A DNA stretch of 55,255 bases, filler included, from Piptocephalis cylindrospora (taxonomy: Eukaryota), in assembly GCA_003614145.1 (NCBI GenBank). It is 2 parts of 2 records of this genome, joined end to end, with 100 filler letters (N's around TTAATTAATTAA, not from the genome) between each part and the next. Parts side by side here need not be neighbours in the genome. Positions count along the whole stretch, not along the records: positions 1 to 27,603 come from KZ987766.1; 1 more part is not named here. One strand, written 5' to 3'. The position numbers were made by a program, and so were the translations under genes. The notes under the pieces are model-generated. The model was given only the letters and a program-made list of their open reading frames with translations. It searched no databases and was not told the DNA's origin. Below, one piece after another: positions 1 to 12,787 of this stretch. Position 1 is the stretch's first letter. Every line of letters starts with the position of its first letter.

Positions 1-635
1 CCCATCTAACTTGATCTTAATTCTACATGGGAACTCTAGCCCGGCCTTTACTCAAGCATCTCAAGCTTCCATCTCGGGAATTACCCTGCCTTCTTTACAA
101 AGCCCTCTTCTTTCCTCTATCTTTGTCCATGACCTATTTACTAATGAAGAAAAGTATAGGTGATTGGCCATTTGATCCTTTTGCATTAGTCTCAATGCTA
201 CATACTATATTTTCCCTATATTTCCCTATTCCTGCTCATTTGTGGAGTTCTTAGTTTAAAATGTCCTTTGATGGAATCTGATTTCCGGCTAGAAATACAT
301 CCTCAAGTTCTACTTTACCGCCCTAACTCTTCCTAAAACCAGGAAAATCGAATTCTGGTTGAGGGCCCTAAGCCCAAATCCTATCCCATCCAAGTTTTCT
401 CTTGAGATTCAAACCTCAATTTCCTACACACCGACATCGGCATTTTATCTCTTGTAAATAAAATATAAGCCATCGCCATTCATTTCAACACTAAGATGAG
501 TCACATGATTCTTTCAGGAAAAGGAAATAAGCATGAACAAGAGCAATGTGGAAGGGCACCCTCCTCTTGGAGAAGTAAGCTCATCCCATTACATTTCCCC
601 CTATCAAAAGTCAATGCCACGAGGCCGGGCTTGGT

Positions 636-1103
636 TCAGCTAGCTAAAGCAATGTTGATAGATCCTATAGTCTTCTTTTCGGCTGCATTGATGGCCAGTG
701 TAAAGATGTTCGAGCAGTTGACCATCATTCGCACTTGGACCATTCCAGTCGTTTGGACGCTGTGCGTCTCGTTGGCGGGTACCTCAATGGTCGTATTGAT
801 CCCGACATAATTTCTGTCGGTGATGACCGTCCCAGGGGCAATGCCATAACTCCGCAAGATCCATGGATCGTTGGTGAGTTTTCCACCCGGACTAAATTTT
901 TTGCATAGAATGTTGCGACAGGCCTTGAACTTGGGGTCAGCCGTCGGGTTAGACAGGACACCATTCCCGGGAGGTGGAATGGTCTTTGGGTCTCGTGGAC
1001 GGGATACAACGACACTATTGCCGGGGAGTACGGGGGTTGCGATTGTCGCGAGGGACATATTCAAGGCAAGGGCAAGCGCAAGGATGGTGGAGAAAAAGTG
1101 CAT
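636..1103 (-). CDS. Small secreted orphan protein (~155 aa)
   Basis: ATG at 1103 gives MHFFSTILALALALNMSLA (signal-peptide-like). Intronless, Pro-rich N-part, 3 Cys, preceded by a pyrimidine-rich leader typical of genes in this window. Confidence 0.7.
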   Translation of the reverse strand: MHFFSTILALALALNMSLATIATPVLPGNSVVVSRPRDPKTIPPPGNGVLSNPTADPKFKACRNILCKKFSPGGKLTNDPWILRSYGIAPGTVITDRNYVGINTTIEVPANETHSVQTTGMVQVRMMVNCSNIFTLAINAAEKKTIGSINIALAS

Positions 1104-2111
1104 GATGGATGAAGAAGAAAGTACTTTTGTGGGAGATGACCGAGAGATAGATTGATGAATAGGGAAGCACAATCAGCGATGAGGGATGGAAGGAGGAGAG
1201 GACTGAAGGGGATGGAAGAAGGAGAAGACTGAAGGAGATGGAAGATGAGGCGAGCCAGCGCAGATCAATGAAGCAAGGGAAAGGACAGGTCAATAGTTTT
1301 AGGAGGCGGGAAGAAGAGGGGAAAGGAAAGAGAGAAGGAGAGGGAAGGAGAGAAAAATGGGAAGGAAAAAGGGGGATGATAGAGGACAAGGAGCTGAGAA
1401 TGAAAAGCAGCAACTAAGTACCGAAACGGCATCCCATAAAGGAATGGGAGCATGTTTAGTGAATGGGTGAAGATGGAGTGAGACAGGTAAGATGAGCGAG
1501 GCTTTCGTTGTCGGACCCTGCTGTTCTAACTGTTGATAGGGATAGAGGACGTGAGAGCTCCGTCCATCCTACAACTCCGACGATTATCCCCGCTCAATGC
1601 CTACGGAATCATAGGCTAATCGCGAGGTAGCCCATATAAGCCTCTAGGAGTCTAAGATCAGGATGGGAGGAGTTGGTTGGCCAGCCGAGTCAATAGGTGG
1701 TGGGGATATAGTACATTCATGGTCCTTATACCGGTGGTAATACTGATATAAACCGTTCATTGGAAACACAGAAGAAATCAATAAATTGTTCGTGTTAGCG
1801 GGCTCTCATGAGAGAGCGAATACGAGCGTATCATTTGCCATACTCCTTCCTCCCACGCCTAAGAACAGGTGATGGTCAGAATGCATTGGACGAGGGGTCC
1901 AGAGATTTACCCAGTGATATCCTTGATAGCCGAAATCAACCGTAGAATGCCAAAGGGGTATTCCCTTGGCCTTCATGGGAAAGAGGAGAGGCCTTTGCCC
2001 AAAGATGATTTGTTTGACCCGTATAACCCATATATCATCCCATCATTCCTTGCATCAAGAGGCATCTCCGCTTTGCTCCCCCCTCTCAATTTATCTCCCG
2101 GACATGGGCGC

Positions 2112-4907
2112 TTACATAAAGTACATGCGCTGACGAAGCCCTTCCTTAATATCGGAGTAGATGGGCGCATCCACCGAGGAGAAGCTTACCTCACTTTGTG
2201 TATCACTTCCATCCCACTCACCCTTGGCATACCGACGATGACGGTCGGCTACGAGATGAGCATAGTAAGCCACGGGGACAAGGCTGACAGATCGGGTACA
2301 CCGGGCGTAGAGGTAGCACATGTCGTAGGTCATCTGTTGAAGTACATTGCTCCCCAGTTTATTCTCATCCAGGAGAACATGGTAGTGGGAGGGCCTGGAC
2401 ATGCCTTGGATACCCGAGTGAGACTGAATGTAAAAGTCATATTCAAAGGGATGAACGATGGTAGTGTCCACAACAGTTCCCGGAAGGCAATTCCCGGACC
2501 GATCGGCCATGTCCCGATTTAGGGGGAAGAAGCGGACATGATGGCGCTTTTGCACCACGGAAAAAGTGATCTTGGGGTCGTAGCCCTTCTCGAGGGAAGC
2601 GCAAGCCCGTTTAATGGCTCCTACTTCCTTCTGAAGGACCTCGGCAAATTGTCCCTCACCCACACCATCCCGATAGAAGAGGATGCGAGCAGGCTTCATG
2701 CGAGTGGCGCCATAAAAGGCCTTAAGGGCCTCCTTGACCATTCCCTCCATTTCATCAATGACCTCAACTCGGGATTCTTGGGTGGAGCTAACAGAGAAGA
2801 ACCGGGTGAGGTCAGGATTGAGGGAGGCAACGAGGCCGGTGATGGAGGCGGAACGTCCTCCCGGGGCTGGGTGAGAGACATCGGCACCTATGACAATGGT
2901 GGGAGTTTGACGCAGGAAGGGCATGTGCTCAGGGGAGAGGACCTGGTTGGCGCCGCCCAACTTAACATTGACCTTGAGGCACACATTGGCCAGATACTGC
3001 TTGCTGGGTCGCATGACATTTCTCATCAGAAGACACTGGGTGGGAATGCCAAGTAGAGTTTCGCCGGTTCTCTTGACCTCCGAGTAGATGCTAGAGGTGC
3101 TGTTCATCAAGATGACCACAACGATCTGGGGCTCGGCCTTGGCCTGGTTTCCGGCGGCATTGTATGCCTCTCTCAGGGACCCTGCCGTGTCTTGAGGGTT
3201 TCCAGGGATGAGCGGGGGCTGTCGATTGACCACTTCCAAGCCGGTATCATTGAAGACGATACACATCTCTCGTACCAATCCTTCCACTTGAGGTTTACCC
3301 ATGGATCGGGGTGGGGCAAGAACGAGGACGGACCAAGACCTGAGTTGAGCCCCACGGGTCACTCGTTTATCCCGAAGGTTCCAGGCCCCTAATCTCGGGG
3401 CAAGGCTAGCCTCCCGGGAGGAGGGATGATAATTGACCTTTGGGGTCGGGAGGACACGGGAGTTGACCTGGAGTAGCTCATTTCCCACGCGCATCTTAAA
3501 GGCTTGCATGGCCGGGCTCTTTTCATACTCAAAGATACTCATACCCGCCTTAATCTTTTGAAGGCGATCATTTGGCCTCTGAGTGGTGAACTTGATCATG
3601 GAGGCCTGGCAATAACGAGGAAGGGGGGTGGGGTGTGTGAGAAACAGGCGAAGGGGGGAGGGGGGGAATGCAGAAGACTTTACCGTTTGTTGCTCATCCA
3701 GCTTCCTGGTGCAGCGTTGCTTCGGCTCCACTTCACACACCTCCATGGGGAAGTTTGCACCTTTTCCTACAATCCTATTGAGAAGAGGATGAGAAAAGTC
3801 TGAGAAGTTGGCTCAAAGGGTATGGGCAGTTGTTGAAATTGTTGTTTGGTAGGGAAATAACTTACACACAAGGCAAATAAGGATAGCTGAGACGAAAGTT
3901 GTACTTCTCATGAAAATACTGCTCTACTGATTTCTATATGCAGATAAGGTAAGCGTGAGTGAGAGAGAAATAGGAGGTATTCTAAAGAGATGCACTGAAC
4001 CGCACCGCTTCTAATATCCTTTTCATAGCTGTGGAAAGCTTACCTCAGTTCCATCCTCCATGGCAAACATGGTATGGGAAGCTGGAGTTGAGGAGACCTT
4101 TTGAAGGGTATACTTGGGCTTAAAATCCCTACGATGGGTCACACGGATCTTGAGGCCACGGACAAACCTCTGCACCTTGAAAATCTCGCGGGGACCCATG
4201 TCACGTAACTCCTTGGGGCTACGGAGACCGAAAAACTCGGCAATGACATCTAAGAGGGGGCCTGAGCGATAGAAGACAGTAGCGGAAACATCAACGTTGA
4301 CTAGAAGAGCACCCCTAGCAGGACGAACGGACTGGTAATAGCCCTGCCAGGCTTCCACGCCCCCACCCAAATTGAAGGCAATATCGCCACTGTAAATAGA
4401 CCGACCCACGGTGGTGTACTTTTGGTTCAGGGCGTGACGAAGGACAATGTCAAGGGCTTGAATGGGGACAGAGCTAGTTAAGGCGCTCTTACCCTGGAGG
4501 AAACGGTGAAGTTCCTCCATGCCAACCTCAGCGACAAGGAAAAGCTTGATCTTGAACTCCCTAGGGGGCCTTCTGCCCCCACCACCTCCACCACGTTCGG
4601 GTACATCAACCTGGAACGTAGACTCCTTACCAAAAAAGAGCTTCTGGGGGGCATAGGTATTGGCGCGACCATCGTAGACTGGGGATGCACCTCGGAGCTC
4701 CGAGGCATGTTGAGCCTCCCAGGCCATAAAGACCTCACGGGCAACGGGAGGGGGGACATCGGGGAGGACTTCGGTACTGTAATGGTAGATGCATCCAGTA
4801 AGGCCATAGTTCAGGGGGTAAAAATTGCATCCGACCCGCATGGGCCTTCCGAGGGTACCGCCATTATCCGGCCTAGCCGGAAGCTGTGTGACTTGGACAG
4901 TACTCAT
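2112..4907 (-). CDS. AGO: Argonaute (N, PAZ, MID, PIWI), ~838 aa, 4 exons (4044-4907, 3866-3933, 3684-3774, 2112-3605)
   Basis: VYDGRAN, GYYQSVRP..LLVNVDVS, PAZ SVEQYFHEKYNFRLSYPYLPC, KVNVKLGG, GADVSHP, FYRDGVGEGQF, VQKRHHVRFF, QSHSGIQGMSRPSHY, YARCTRSVS..AYYAHLVA. GT-AG introns keep the frame. Confidence 0.97.
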
Positions 4908-5679
4908 TTGGTTTGGAGGGCTTGGAGGGCTTGGAGGGTTTAATGAATGAACGAGCAATGAAAAGTGTGAACTGTTATGTGTGCAGTTGGAGTAAGAGAC
5001 GTTGTCTGGGCGTTGCGCTAATGGAGATGTGTGCAAGGGTGGGGAGGGGAGGGGAAGAGCAGGGGTGAAGATATGAATGATTGAGGGAGTGCACAAAGGT
5101 CCCTCCTACTCATTCATCTTTTTATAGACTCTGGGATCAAGGAGATGAGGGGCGCCAGAGTGAACGGGACAGAAGGGGAAGCGCCATTGAGACGGCGGAG
5201 TTGACACGACCTCTTTGTTCTGCTGATGGAACATCTGTAGATAGCGTGATGTGGAATCATTACTGAGATGGAGGAACAGAGAGCATTGAGCAGCACAAAA
5301 ACTAGGGAACAAGAGTCATGGCGTCACCTTTGCCCCTTGATATGGGGCAGCCGCCTTGATGGAGAGATGAGCGGCCATGGCCTATTCACCAGAGGAATAG
5401 CTTGAGTAGGATGTCAAAAGGGGCGTGAGAAAGGTCGTGGTACACAGTACGCCGTGACGTCGAAATAGATCAGGAGGGATGGATGATCTTGACCCAGATA
5501 TGCTCGGAGCCACGAGAGTATACCTTCTCTGAACATCCACGGGCCTCATTCCCTCCTAATGCCAAGCATAAAGTCTGGGAAATGTCTGGAGAAGGGGTAT
5601 AATTGGTGCATGGACAAAACTCACCCCCTACCTCCCAAAAGGTTATTCAATTCACCCAACCTAATGCGTGTGTGCTAAA

Positions 5680-7378
5680 TCAAAGATCGGAAAAGAAGGA
5701 CGCTTGATCCTGTACGGCCTTTTCCGTCCTTTCCTTGGCCTCTATCCGGGCAGCCTTTTTCTTCTTTTTACTGGGGAGCAAATCATTCGCTGGGCCAGGC
5801 TTACTGACATCCTGTGGCTCGCCCTCGACGGATCGCTTCTTGCTCTCTGTCGCTTCTCCTGTAGCTAGGGTATCGCCTTGCTCCTCGCACTGCTCGTCCT
5901 CTTCATGGGTGAGAAATTTCACATCCCAGAACCGGACCAAGTCATCATGGCCAAGGCTCAGTAGCCATTGACGGGAATGGTCCATGGTAAGGCACTCCAC
6001 GGGCATGTCCTGGGCTCCAACAACACCGTACATACGGTTGGGGAGGAGGCCGCAAACACGGATGAGGCCATCGGAAGATCCAGACAAAACTGTGTCCTCA
6101 TCGACCTTACACAGCGCATCCACGGATGAGGGGTGCCCGACAAACCGATCATTGATATCACCCCAATTCCCATAGGTAAAGAAGGCAAGTACTCCGTCTT
6201 GGGTGCCTACAACGACCTTTTTCCCATTCTACGAACATTTCGGGTCAATAAACGAGAGGAGTGTGAATACGGATAAAGCTATGCTCGGGAGGGAGAAAGG
6301 GATACCTTGATGATTTGAACGGATAAAAGCTCATCGTCCAGATTATCTGACCTTGCCACCAGGTTGGGCTTGCGAATGTCAAACACGGAGAGATATCCAT
6401 CTCCTCTATCAAGAAGAGAGGCTGGGATAAGGATGATAAAGGGTCACTTAATTTCTTCCCCGGACATACCCAGCGGCCAAGAGCTGTTTCTTTTGAGGCT
6501 GAAAGGCAAAGCTACTGATGAAATCCTCATTGTCATGGTAGGTTTGAACTGCTTGATGGGTTCGTTGGTCCCAAATCTACAATCGTGAGGGATCTGAGTG
6601 AGTGAGGGTATACCCCTCTAAATAAAATACCAAGACCTACCTTGACCACACCATCATCATCTCCGGTGGCGATCATCCGTTCATTGAGGCAACGAATCCT
6701 ATTGATTCCCTTCCTGCACGTATTGAAAGGATGTGAGGATGGCTGGTAGATCACACCTCCCCTCAGTCCCACCGAGCAAGGTGGATGGCAAGCAACCTTA
6801 CTCGTGCGATCGTAGTTCTGAGTGGATAATCTTGCCGGTAGACACATCAACAGAATTCCATGAGCGGTCTTTGGAAGCAGAATACAAGACTAGGGTGGGG
6901 AGATGAGAATGGGTATTTCACTTTCTTGCCTAGATCAACGTCCTTGATCATGCATCTCCGTCTCACCAGCACCATCCATGGAGAAGTCGAGTGATCGACA
7001 TGACTTTTTATGCTCCTTGATCCTAAAAGCCTCTTGCCCCTTTTCGCTGTCTTCCTCGTCAACACTCGATGTATCAGGGTCGGGTGGATAGGATAGACTA
7101 AAGGGTTTGAGGAAGAGTATGAATGGATAGGGGGGTCACTAGCTACGTCAGTCTCTCCTCTCAACACTCACCAAACCACTTCGCCATTAATGAGTGATGC
7201 AGCAAAGAGGGAGGAAGAAGGGTGGGTAGCCACCTCAAGGGCCTGGTCTCCCAACTCAAAAATCCTCCTTGGCCCTGGTGGGTCGTCCGAACTAGAAGTA
7301 CTCTGTTCAATGGGGATGTTGAGTGTACGGAGATGGATATAATCTAGAAACCTCCCTTTTTCTCGAGGCGCTTACCAT
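5680..7378 (-). CDS. JIP5: WD40 ribosome-biogenesis protein Jip5/WDR55, multi-exon
   Basis: WD repeats (IATGDDDGVVK, VLSGSSDGLIRV, LLSLGHDDLVRFWD), basic KKKKK tract and C-terminal FFSDL* typical of Jip5/WDR55. The probable ATG (7376-7378) is followed directly by a GTAAG donor. Confidence 0.85.
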
Positions 7379-7613
7379 AAGGTCAAAGATGGTTGAAGAA
7401 GGATGGTACGGGGGCACGAGAGGGACAGTTGGGAGAGAAGAGTTTAAGAAAGTACTTGAATACGGTAGAATAGACCAAAGAGGCGATGAATGAATGAATT
7501 GTTTTTTTTTTACTGTTGGGCCAACCCACGTTCACTTCTCTGCTGTTCAGCTCCAACAAAAGGAAACCTCAGCGTTCATCACTCTTCTCTTTCCACCCAT
7601 ATCTCCACTCAGC

Positions 7614-8528
7614 ATGTCCTCCACGATTCCACCGTTACCGGCAGAGGCAATCAAGAAACTCTTACCCGAGACCTACCACCAAAGCTTTATTCAAAAGGGT
7701 GTTCGACCCGATGGGCGCGGCTTCCAGGACTTTCGACCAACGGCAGTACACTACGGAGCCATTACGAGCGCAGACGGGAGTGCTCTAGTTCGGCTGGGAG
7801 GGACAACGGTGGTTTGCGGGATCAAGGCAGAGGTAGCGGTCCCAGAGCCGACCCAGCCTACACAAGGCTACTTTACCCCGAATGTCGAACTAGGCCCAAT
7901 GTGCTCAGCCCGTTTCAAGCCTGGAGCACCTTCGGAGACGGCCCAAGTCCTTAGTCAGCAATTAAATACGCTTTCTCTAGGCGTTTTGGACAGGGATGAT
8001 TTGTGCATTGAGCCTGGACAGGCCGTATGGGCCTTGTACGCGGATGTCCTGTGCTTGAATTATGATGGTGGGGCCCTGGATGCATGTCAGCTGGCGGTGA
8101 CCGCAGCCCTCCGAAACCTTCGGCTGGGAAAGGCCACGTTTAATGAGGAGGAGGGAGCGGTCCGGGCGAATGCCCGGGAGAGCCAAGGAGTTCCCATCAA
8201 AGCCCAGGTGTATACCAGCACCTTTGGAGTCCTTGAGAGGTAAGCTTGATACTGCTGCTAAAGATAGGATAAAGAGTTACTCCTTACCTCCCCTTTCCTA
8301 ATCATCCGTTTTTACAGTGGTCAATGTCTAGCTGACCCAAGCGAGGCTGAGGGCAGTTTGGTCCGGTCTACGGTGTCCGTCTCCGTGAGTGATCAAGGAA
8401 GATTGGTTGCAGTATGGAAACAAGGAGGACAAGGATGTGATGTTGCCTTGATCCGCGCGTGCCTCGATCAAGCTCAGGAGAGGCGAGCAATCTTGGAATC
8501 CCTCCTGGCCCCTGAGGCATCCTCTTAA
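7614..8528 (+). CDS. RRP43: Exosome RNase PH-like core subunit Rrp43/EXOSC8 (intron 8240-8317)
   Basis: GVRPDGRGFQDFR, ADGSALVRLGGTTVVCGIKAE, PNVELGPMCSARFKPGAPSE, LCIEPGQAVWALYADVLCLNYDG; exon 2 carries LADPSEAE. Confidence 0.92.
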
Positions 8529-8729
8529 AGCAGTGATATTGTGGAAGGATACTTTGACAGAGCAAGAGAGAGAGAGAGAGAAAGAGGGAGGGTATGTGTG
8601 TGGTGTAAGTGATGGAATAGAGCCATGACTGCATATACTGGATGAGATGGCCTTGGTCGGGTAGGGATGATTAGAAAGGGAAGGAAGGTAACGATCTTAT
8701 TTCATTCTGCGTACACCTTTTCTTCCTCT

Positions 8730-9447
8730 TCAAGAAAGGGAAAGGACCTTGAGGCACTCTTGGTAAAAGCGACGCAATGGCATGCCCACGACATTGTAGT
8801 AATCTCCATCGATGCGGTCGATGAGGCAACCAGCAAGACCTTGGTAACCATAGCCCCCAGCCTTGTCCATAGGTTCACCGGTCTCGACATACGCAGCAAT
8901 TTCCTCCTGGGTTAGGGAACCAAAATGAACAGTGGTCTCCTCGACAAAGGAATGGATATGGGGATCCTGATCATGGGGAGCCCGCTGGTGGAGGAAAACA
9001 ACGGCAGTAAGGACGCGGTGAATATTCCCACTGAGCATAGTGAGCATACTAATGGCCTGATCTTTGGTGACTGGTTTCTCTAGAATGGCTTCGCCCCGGA
9101 CTACAACAGTATCACACCCAATAACAAGGATATCGGTTTTTGGGACCTCCTGGGCCCTGAGGATAGAGTTAAGGACATCATGGGCCTTTTCCTGGGCCGT
9201 TTGCCGGACATAATCCTCGGCTCGGAGAAATGATGAGATTTCCAGATCCTCTTCAAAAGTGCTTGGGATAATCTCGAGGTCCAAGCCCTGTCTCGAGGGA
9301 GGCGGGTAAGTGTGAGTGAGAGAGAGGCGCATATGGGAGGACTCATCGGATACTTACCAAACCAGTGAGGAGCTGGCGACGACGCGGAGACCCCGAGGCC
9401 AAGATGACCCGACGGCCTTGAGTAAGGGTTTTGAAGACTGGTAACAT
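8730..9447 (-). CDS. Maf-family nucleoside-triphosphate pyrophosphatase (intron 9288-9357)
   Basis: Exon 1 MLPVFKTLTQGRRVILASGSPRRRQLL; exon 2 VIGCDTVV..ILEKP, EPMDKAGGYGYQG, GDYYNVVGMP. Confidence 0.93.
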
Positions 9448-10667
9448 GTTCACTGCAAATGGGAAAGAGAAAAGGGGAAGGAGGATGTGACCCGTTGAAC
9501 ATGCTGAGGACCCGGCTGAGTGTCTCGGGTATTTTCAATAATGAGGATGACGTCTTTCCGTCCCATCAGAGTATGCATTCAGTCTCAGATGGAATGGTAA
9601 AGTGAAGCCTATGTAGCTGAAACACAGGGCTACACGCTGTGGGGCATGATCGATCATAAGAAGATGAGTGACTTGGTAGAGCCACACGTATGTATCTCTT
9701 GATCTTATGTTGGGCGTTAAGCGATGATTTATGAGCAGCTCTGTGGGCCAGGGATATGGCTATAGTTTTATTCGTATCTTCAAGCCATTTTCCAGGGGTG
9801 TGTGTAAGGACCACATAAGGCCTGGCCAGAGACTGGGGGGCACCACTGTAAACAAAATTTACAGCATTTCACAAAAGTTTATTCGGGTTTGGTGTGAGCC
9901 GTAAGAAAAGAACGAACGCTCAACTGACATTGCATTTTCTCAATGCTTAAATAACCAGCGATCGGATACTGTATGTTTATTAAAGTGTCCCTCCGATGAT
10001 CTGATATAATGGATGATTATACTTTCAATGGTGCTTTTTAATATTTTAGAGAGTGAATGGAGACCCTATCAGCCCTCTCCTGTCACAATGATAGCACATG
10101 ATCCAATCTACTGAAGGAATCTGTTACATACACTGGATCATTCGACAATCTGTAGAGTTTGTAAACGATTTAACCTTGTCTAATTTGTTGAGCTTGGTTG
10201 GTCTAGTTAAGATGAGCCGGTTATAAAGGATGATGGTTAATCTTGAGCTCAGTAATGATAAGGTGATATTGGATGCTGTACCACTCTTGAGAACTCGGAT
10301 CCATCTGGCCATAGTGTGAAACGAAAATAAATGCGGATTTGATATGGACCATGATAAATGAATTTCTATTTTTGATACTACCATTTAAAAAATGCTCAGA
10401 TATACGTTGATGAATAATCGTACTTTGGAGTATTACGGAAGGTTATGGTAAAACCTTAACTAACCTAAAATGTAATGTAGAAGGTGTGGTATGGAATTTA
10501 CCATCGCTCTCATTCCGGATAAACTTTCGTGGGGCACTGTACCTTCTTCCCCCCATCATCAGCATCCTCCTTACGTGAGGAAATCCATCGGTGCTCGAAT
10601 AGAGTCCTCTTGGAGCACCCACTTCACTTTTTCTCCTTTACCATCCCTTCTTCGCCTTCCCATTCAG

Positions 10668-12787
10668 ATGGACCCAGTCAAGGCTTTGGACAGGGATCCG
10701 ACCGAAAGGTTGGTCCGTCAGCTCCAAACACTCTCCCACCGGGTTAGTAGCTTGGAGACGGAGAATAAGGCGTTGAAACGAGCACTCTATGATCTTTCCG
10801 CAGCGTATGCTCGGTCTGGGGGAGGAAGAGGGAGCCGACGGTTCATCATGAACCCAGAAGAAAGCTCCTTGGATGCAACAGCAGAGGAAGTTGAGGAAAT
10901 TAGTGAAGATGCAGGTAAGTTGCCTAGGGCTAGAAAAGGAGGGGGGGGGGAGGGGGAACAGGATGGATTTACTCATGCTTTCTTCTATCTTCAATTGCCA
11001 CGGCGATCTTAGTGGCTCATGCGGGGCACGGTAACGAGCGGGAAAAGAGGGATCCAAGGCTCTTTTACCCGAAATATGAGCTTCGGGTAAGAATAAATAT
11101 GGATGAGGCTGCTATGGGATAATGATACTGAACAAGAATATACTCACCCTTCTCTTCTTTCCATTCTCATTAGGGACATAGTGGGGCCGTGTATACGGTA
11201 AAGTATGCGGCGGACGGAAGGCTCCTGGCCTCAGGATCCTTTGATCGGACCATCCGGATTTGGGATGGACCGCATGAGGTCATGTGCCTACGGAAGCATA
11301 CACTCCAGTGACTCAGCTTCTCTGGTCCTCGGAGGATCACTCTTCAGCATCTATTTTGTCCGCTGGTCTGGACCGGACTTGTCGATTATGGGATGTACGA
11401 GCGGGGAAGGTGAGGGATGTGTACGAGACCCAGGGGATTCCCCAATCGATTGCCTTTCACCATCAAGGTACGTGTGCGAGTGTTTACATGGGCAGGGAGA
11501 TGTGAAAGAGGAGGAGGGGGGAGAGGGTGCTTTTCTCCCTGACTCATCTCATTTTACGGCACAGATCAACACATATTTGCTTATGGGGGCTCCAAGGGGA
11601 TCATCTCTATTGTGGACACTCGACAAAATCATACTGGGACATCTGAGGGCTCCGGAGATGGGAGTGGCGGTGGCGGCAGCAATGGTGGTGGCGGTGCTGG
11701 AGGAGGCAGTGGGAGCAGGTCATGGGAAAATCCAACAGGCTCAGTCAATGCCCTGCATTTCTGTCGGGATGGATATGGACTTCTCACGGGGGATGCGCAA
11801 GGCCGAGTCTCATTGTGGGACACAAGGACGGGTCGATGGGTCAAGTCAATGGAGACGGATCACCATCAGGGTACACCCATATGTCATATGTCCATTTTGC
11901 ATGGGCATCATGCCAACGATCCGGATCACGTAGCCATAACTGGGTTTGATGACCTTCTCGGCCTGTACCAAGGTTCGTGCGACCTAGAGGGTCAGCAGGG
12001 TCTTCGGCCCCTTCATCCTCTCCTTCCTTCTGGGGGATACCGGAACCGATGCTGGCCCATTCAATCCACCTTTTTTGAGGGTCGAGACTGTAAGTTAATC
12101 TTCTATTAATTTCCAAGACGGAGTATGTGAACTCATGTACGAGACACCCAATCATATCCATGGATAGACACGGCCCCACTCCTGGCTCAGTGGAAGCATC
12201 AAGGGTCCTCAGGACCTGGGTCCAATGGATCTTTGCTCAATGGCCTGGGTCGTGGAAGGCATGGACAAGTGGGTGGAGCTCCAGGGTCCTCCCTTGGGCC
12301 TTTGGATGAAGGGGGAATATCGGGGTCAGAGGTGACGGGAAATGGAACGAAGAGTGGTCGGCAGGATTTGGGGGATGTCTCCAAGGGCTGGTATGGCGAT
12401 CGATCAAGATCCACCGTCCCGAAAAAGGAGCCCTTCCAAGAGGACGGAGAGGCGGAGGCAGGGACAAAGAAGGAGGAAGAAGAGGAAGTGGAGGAGGAGG
12501 AGGAAGGGACGCACGCACGGTTTCGGCAGCTGGAGCCACAAAAATCTCTGGATACCTCCTTGCTCCTGGCCACAGGCTCTTCCCTTCCTCACGTCTATTT
12601 ATATGATGTGGGAGGGGTGGAGGGATCAGTTCGAGTGCTTCAACGACTCGAAGGTCATCGGGATCGAGTGTACACAGTGGACTTTTCCCCCCGGGAGCCC
12701 TTACTGGCCTCTGGATCAGCAGATATGAGCATTCGATTATGGAGTCCAGCCCAGCGGGCCCGACACAAGGTGGACGGGGAGATTTAA
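10668..12787 (+). CDS. WD40-repeat protein with N-terminal coiled coil, multi-exon
   Basis: LVRQLQTLSHRVSSLETENKALKRAL coiled coil, then GHSGAVYTVKY..LLASGSFDRTIRIWD, ILSAGLDRTCRLWD, LLTGDAQGRVSLWD and GHRDRVYTVDFSPREPLLASGSADMSIRLWS. Confidence 0.85.

Noticed and set aside
1869..3056. Long plus-strand ORFs (217 and 172 aa) antisense to Argonaute, and similar shadow ORFs over BEM1, NOT3, SUP35 and GLO1
   Set aside because: They are shadows of codon-biased sense genes with no recognisable motifs.
9560..10490. AT-richer intergenic block as a possible transposon
   Set aside because: No terminal repeats, target-site duplication or transposase-like ORF visible.
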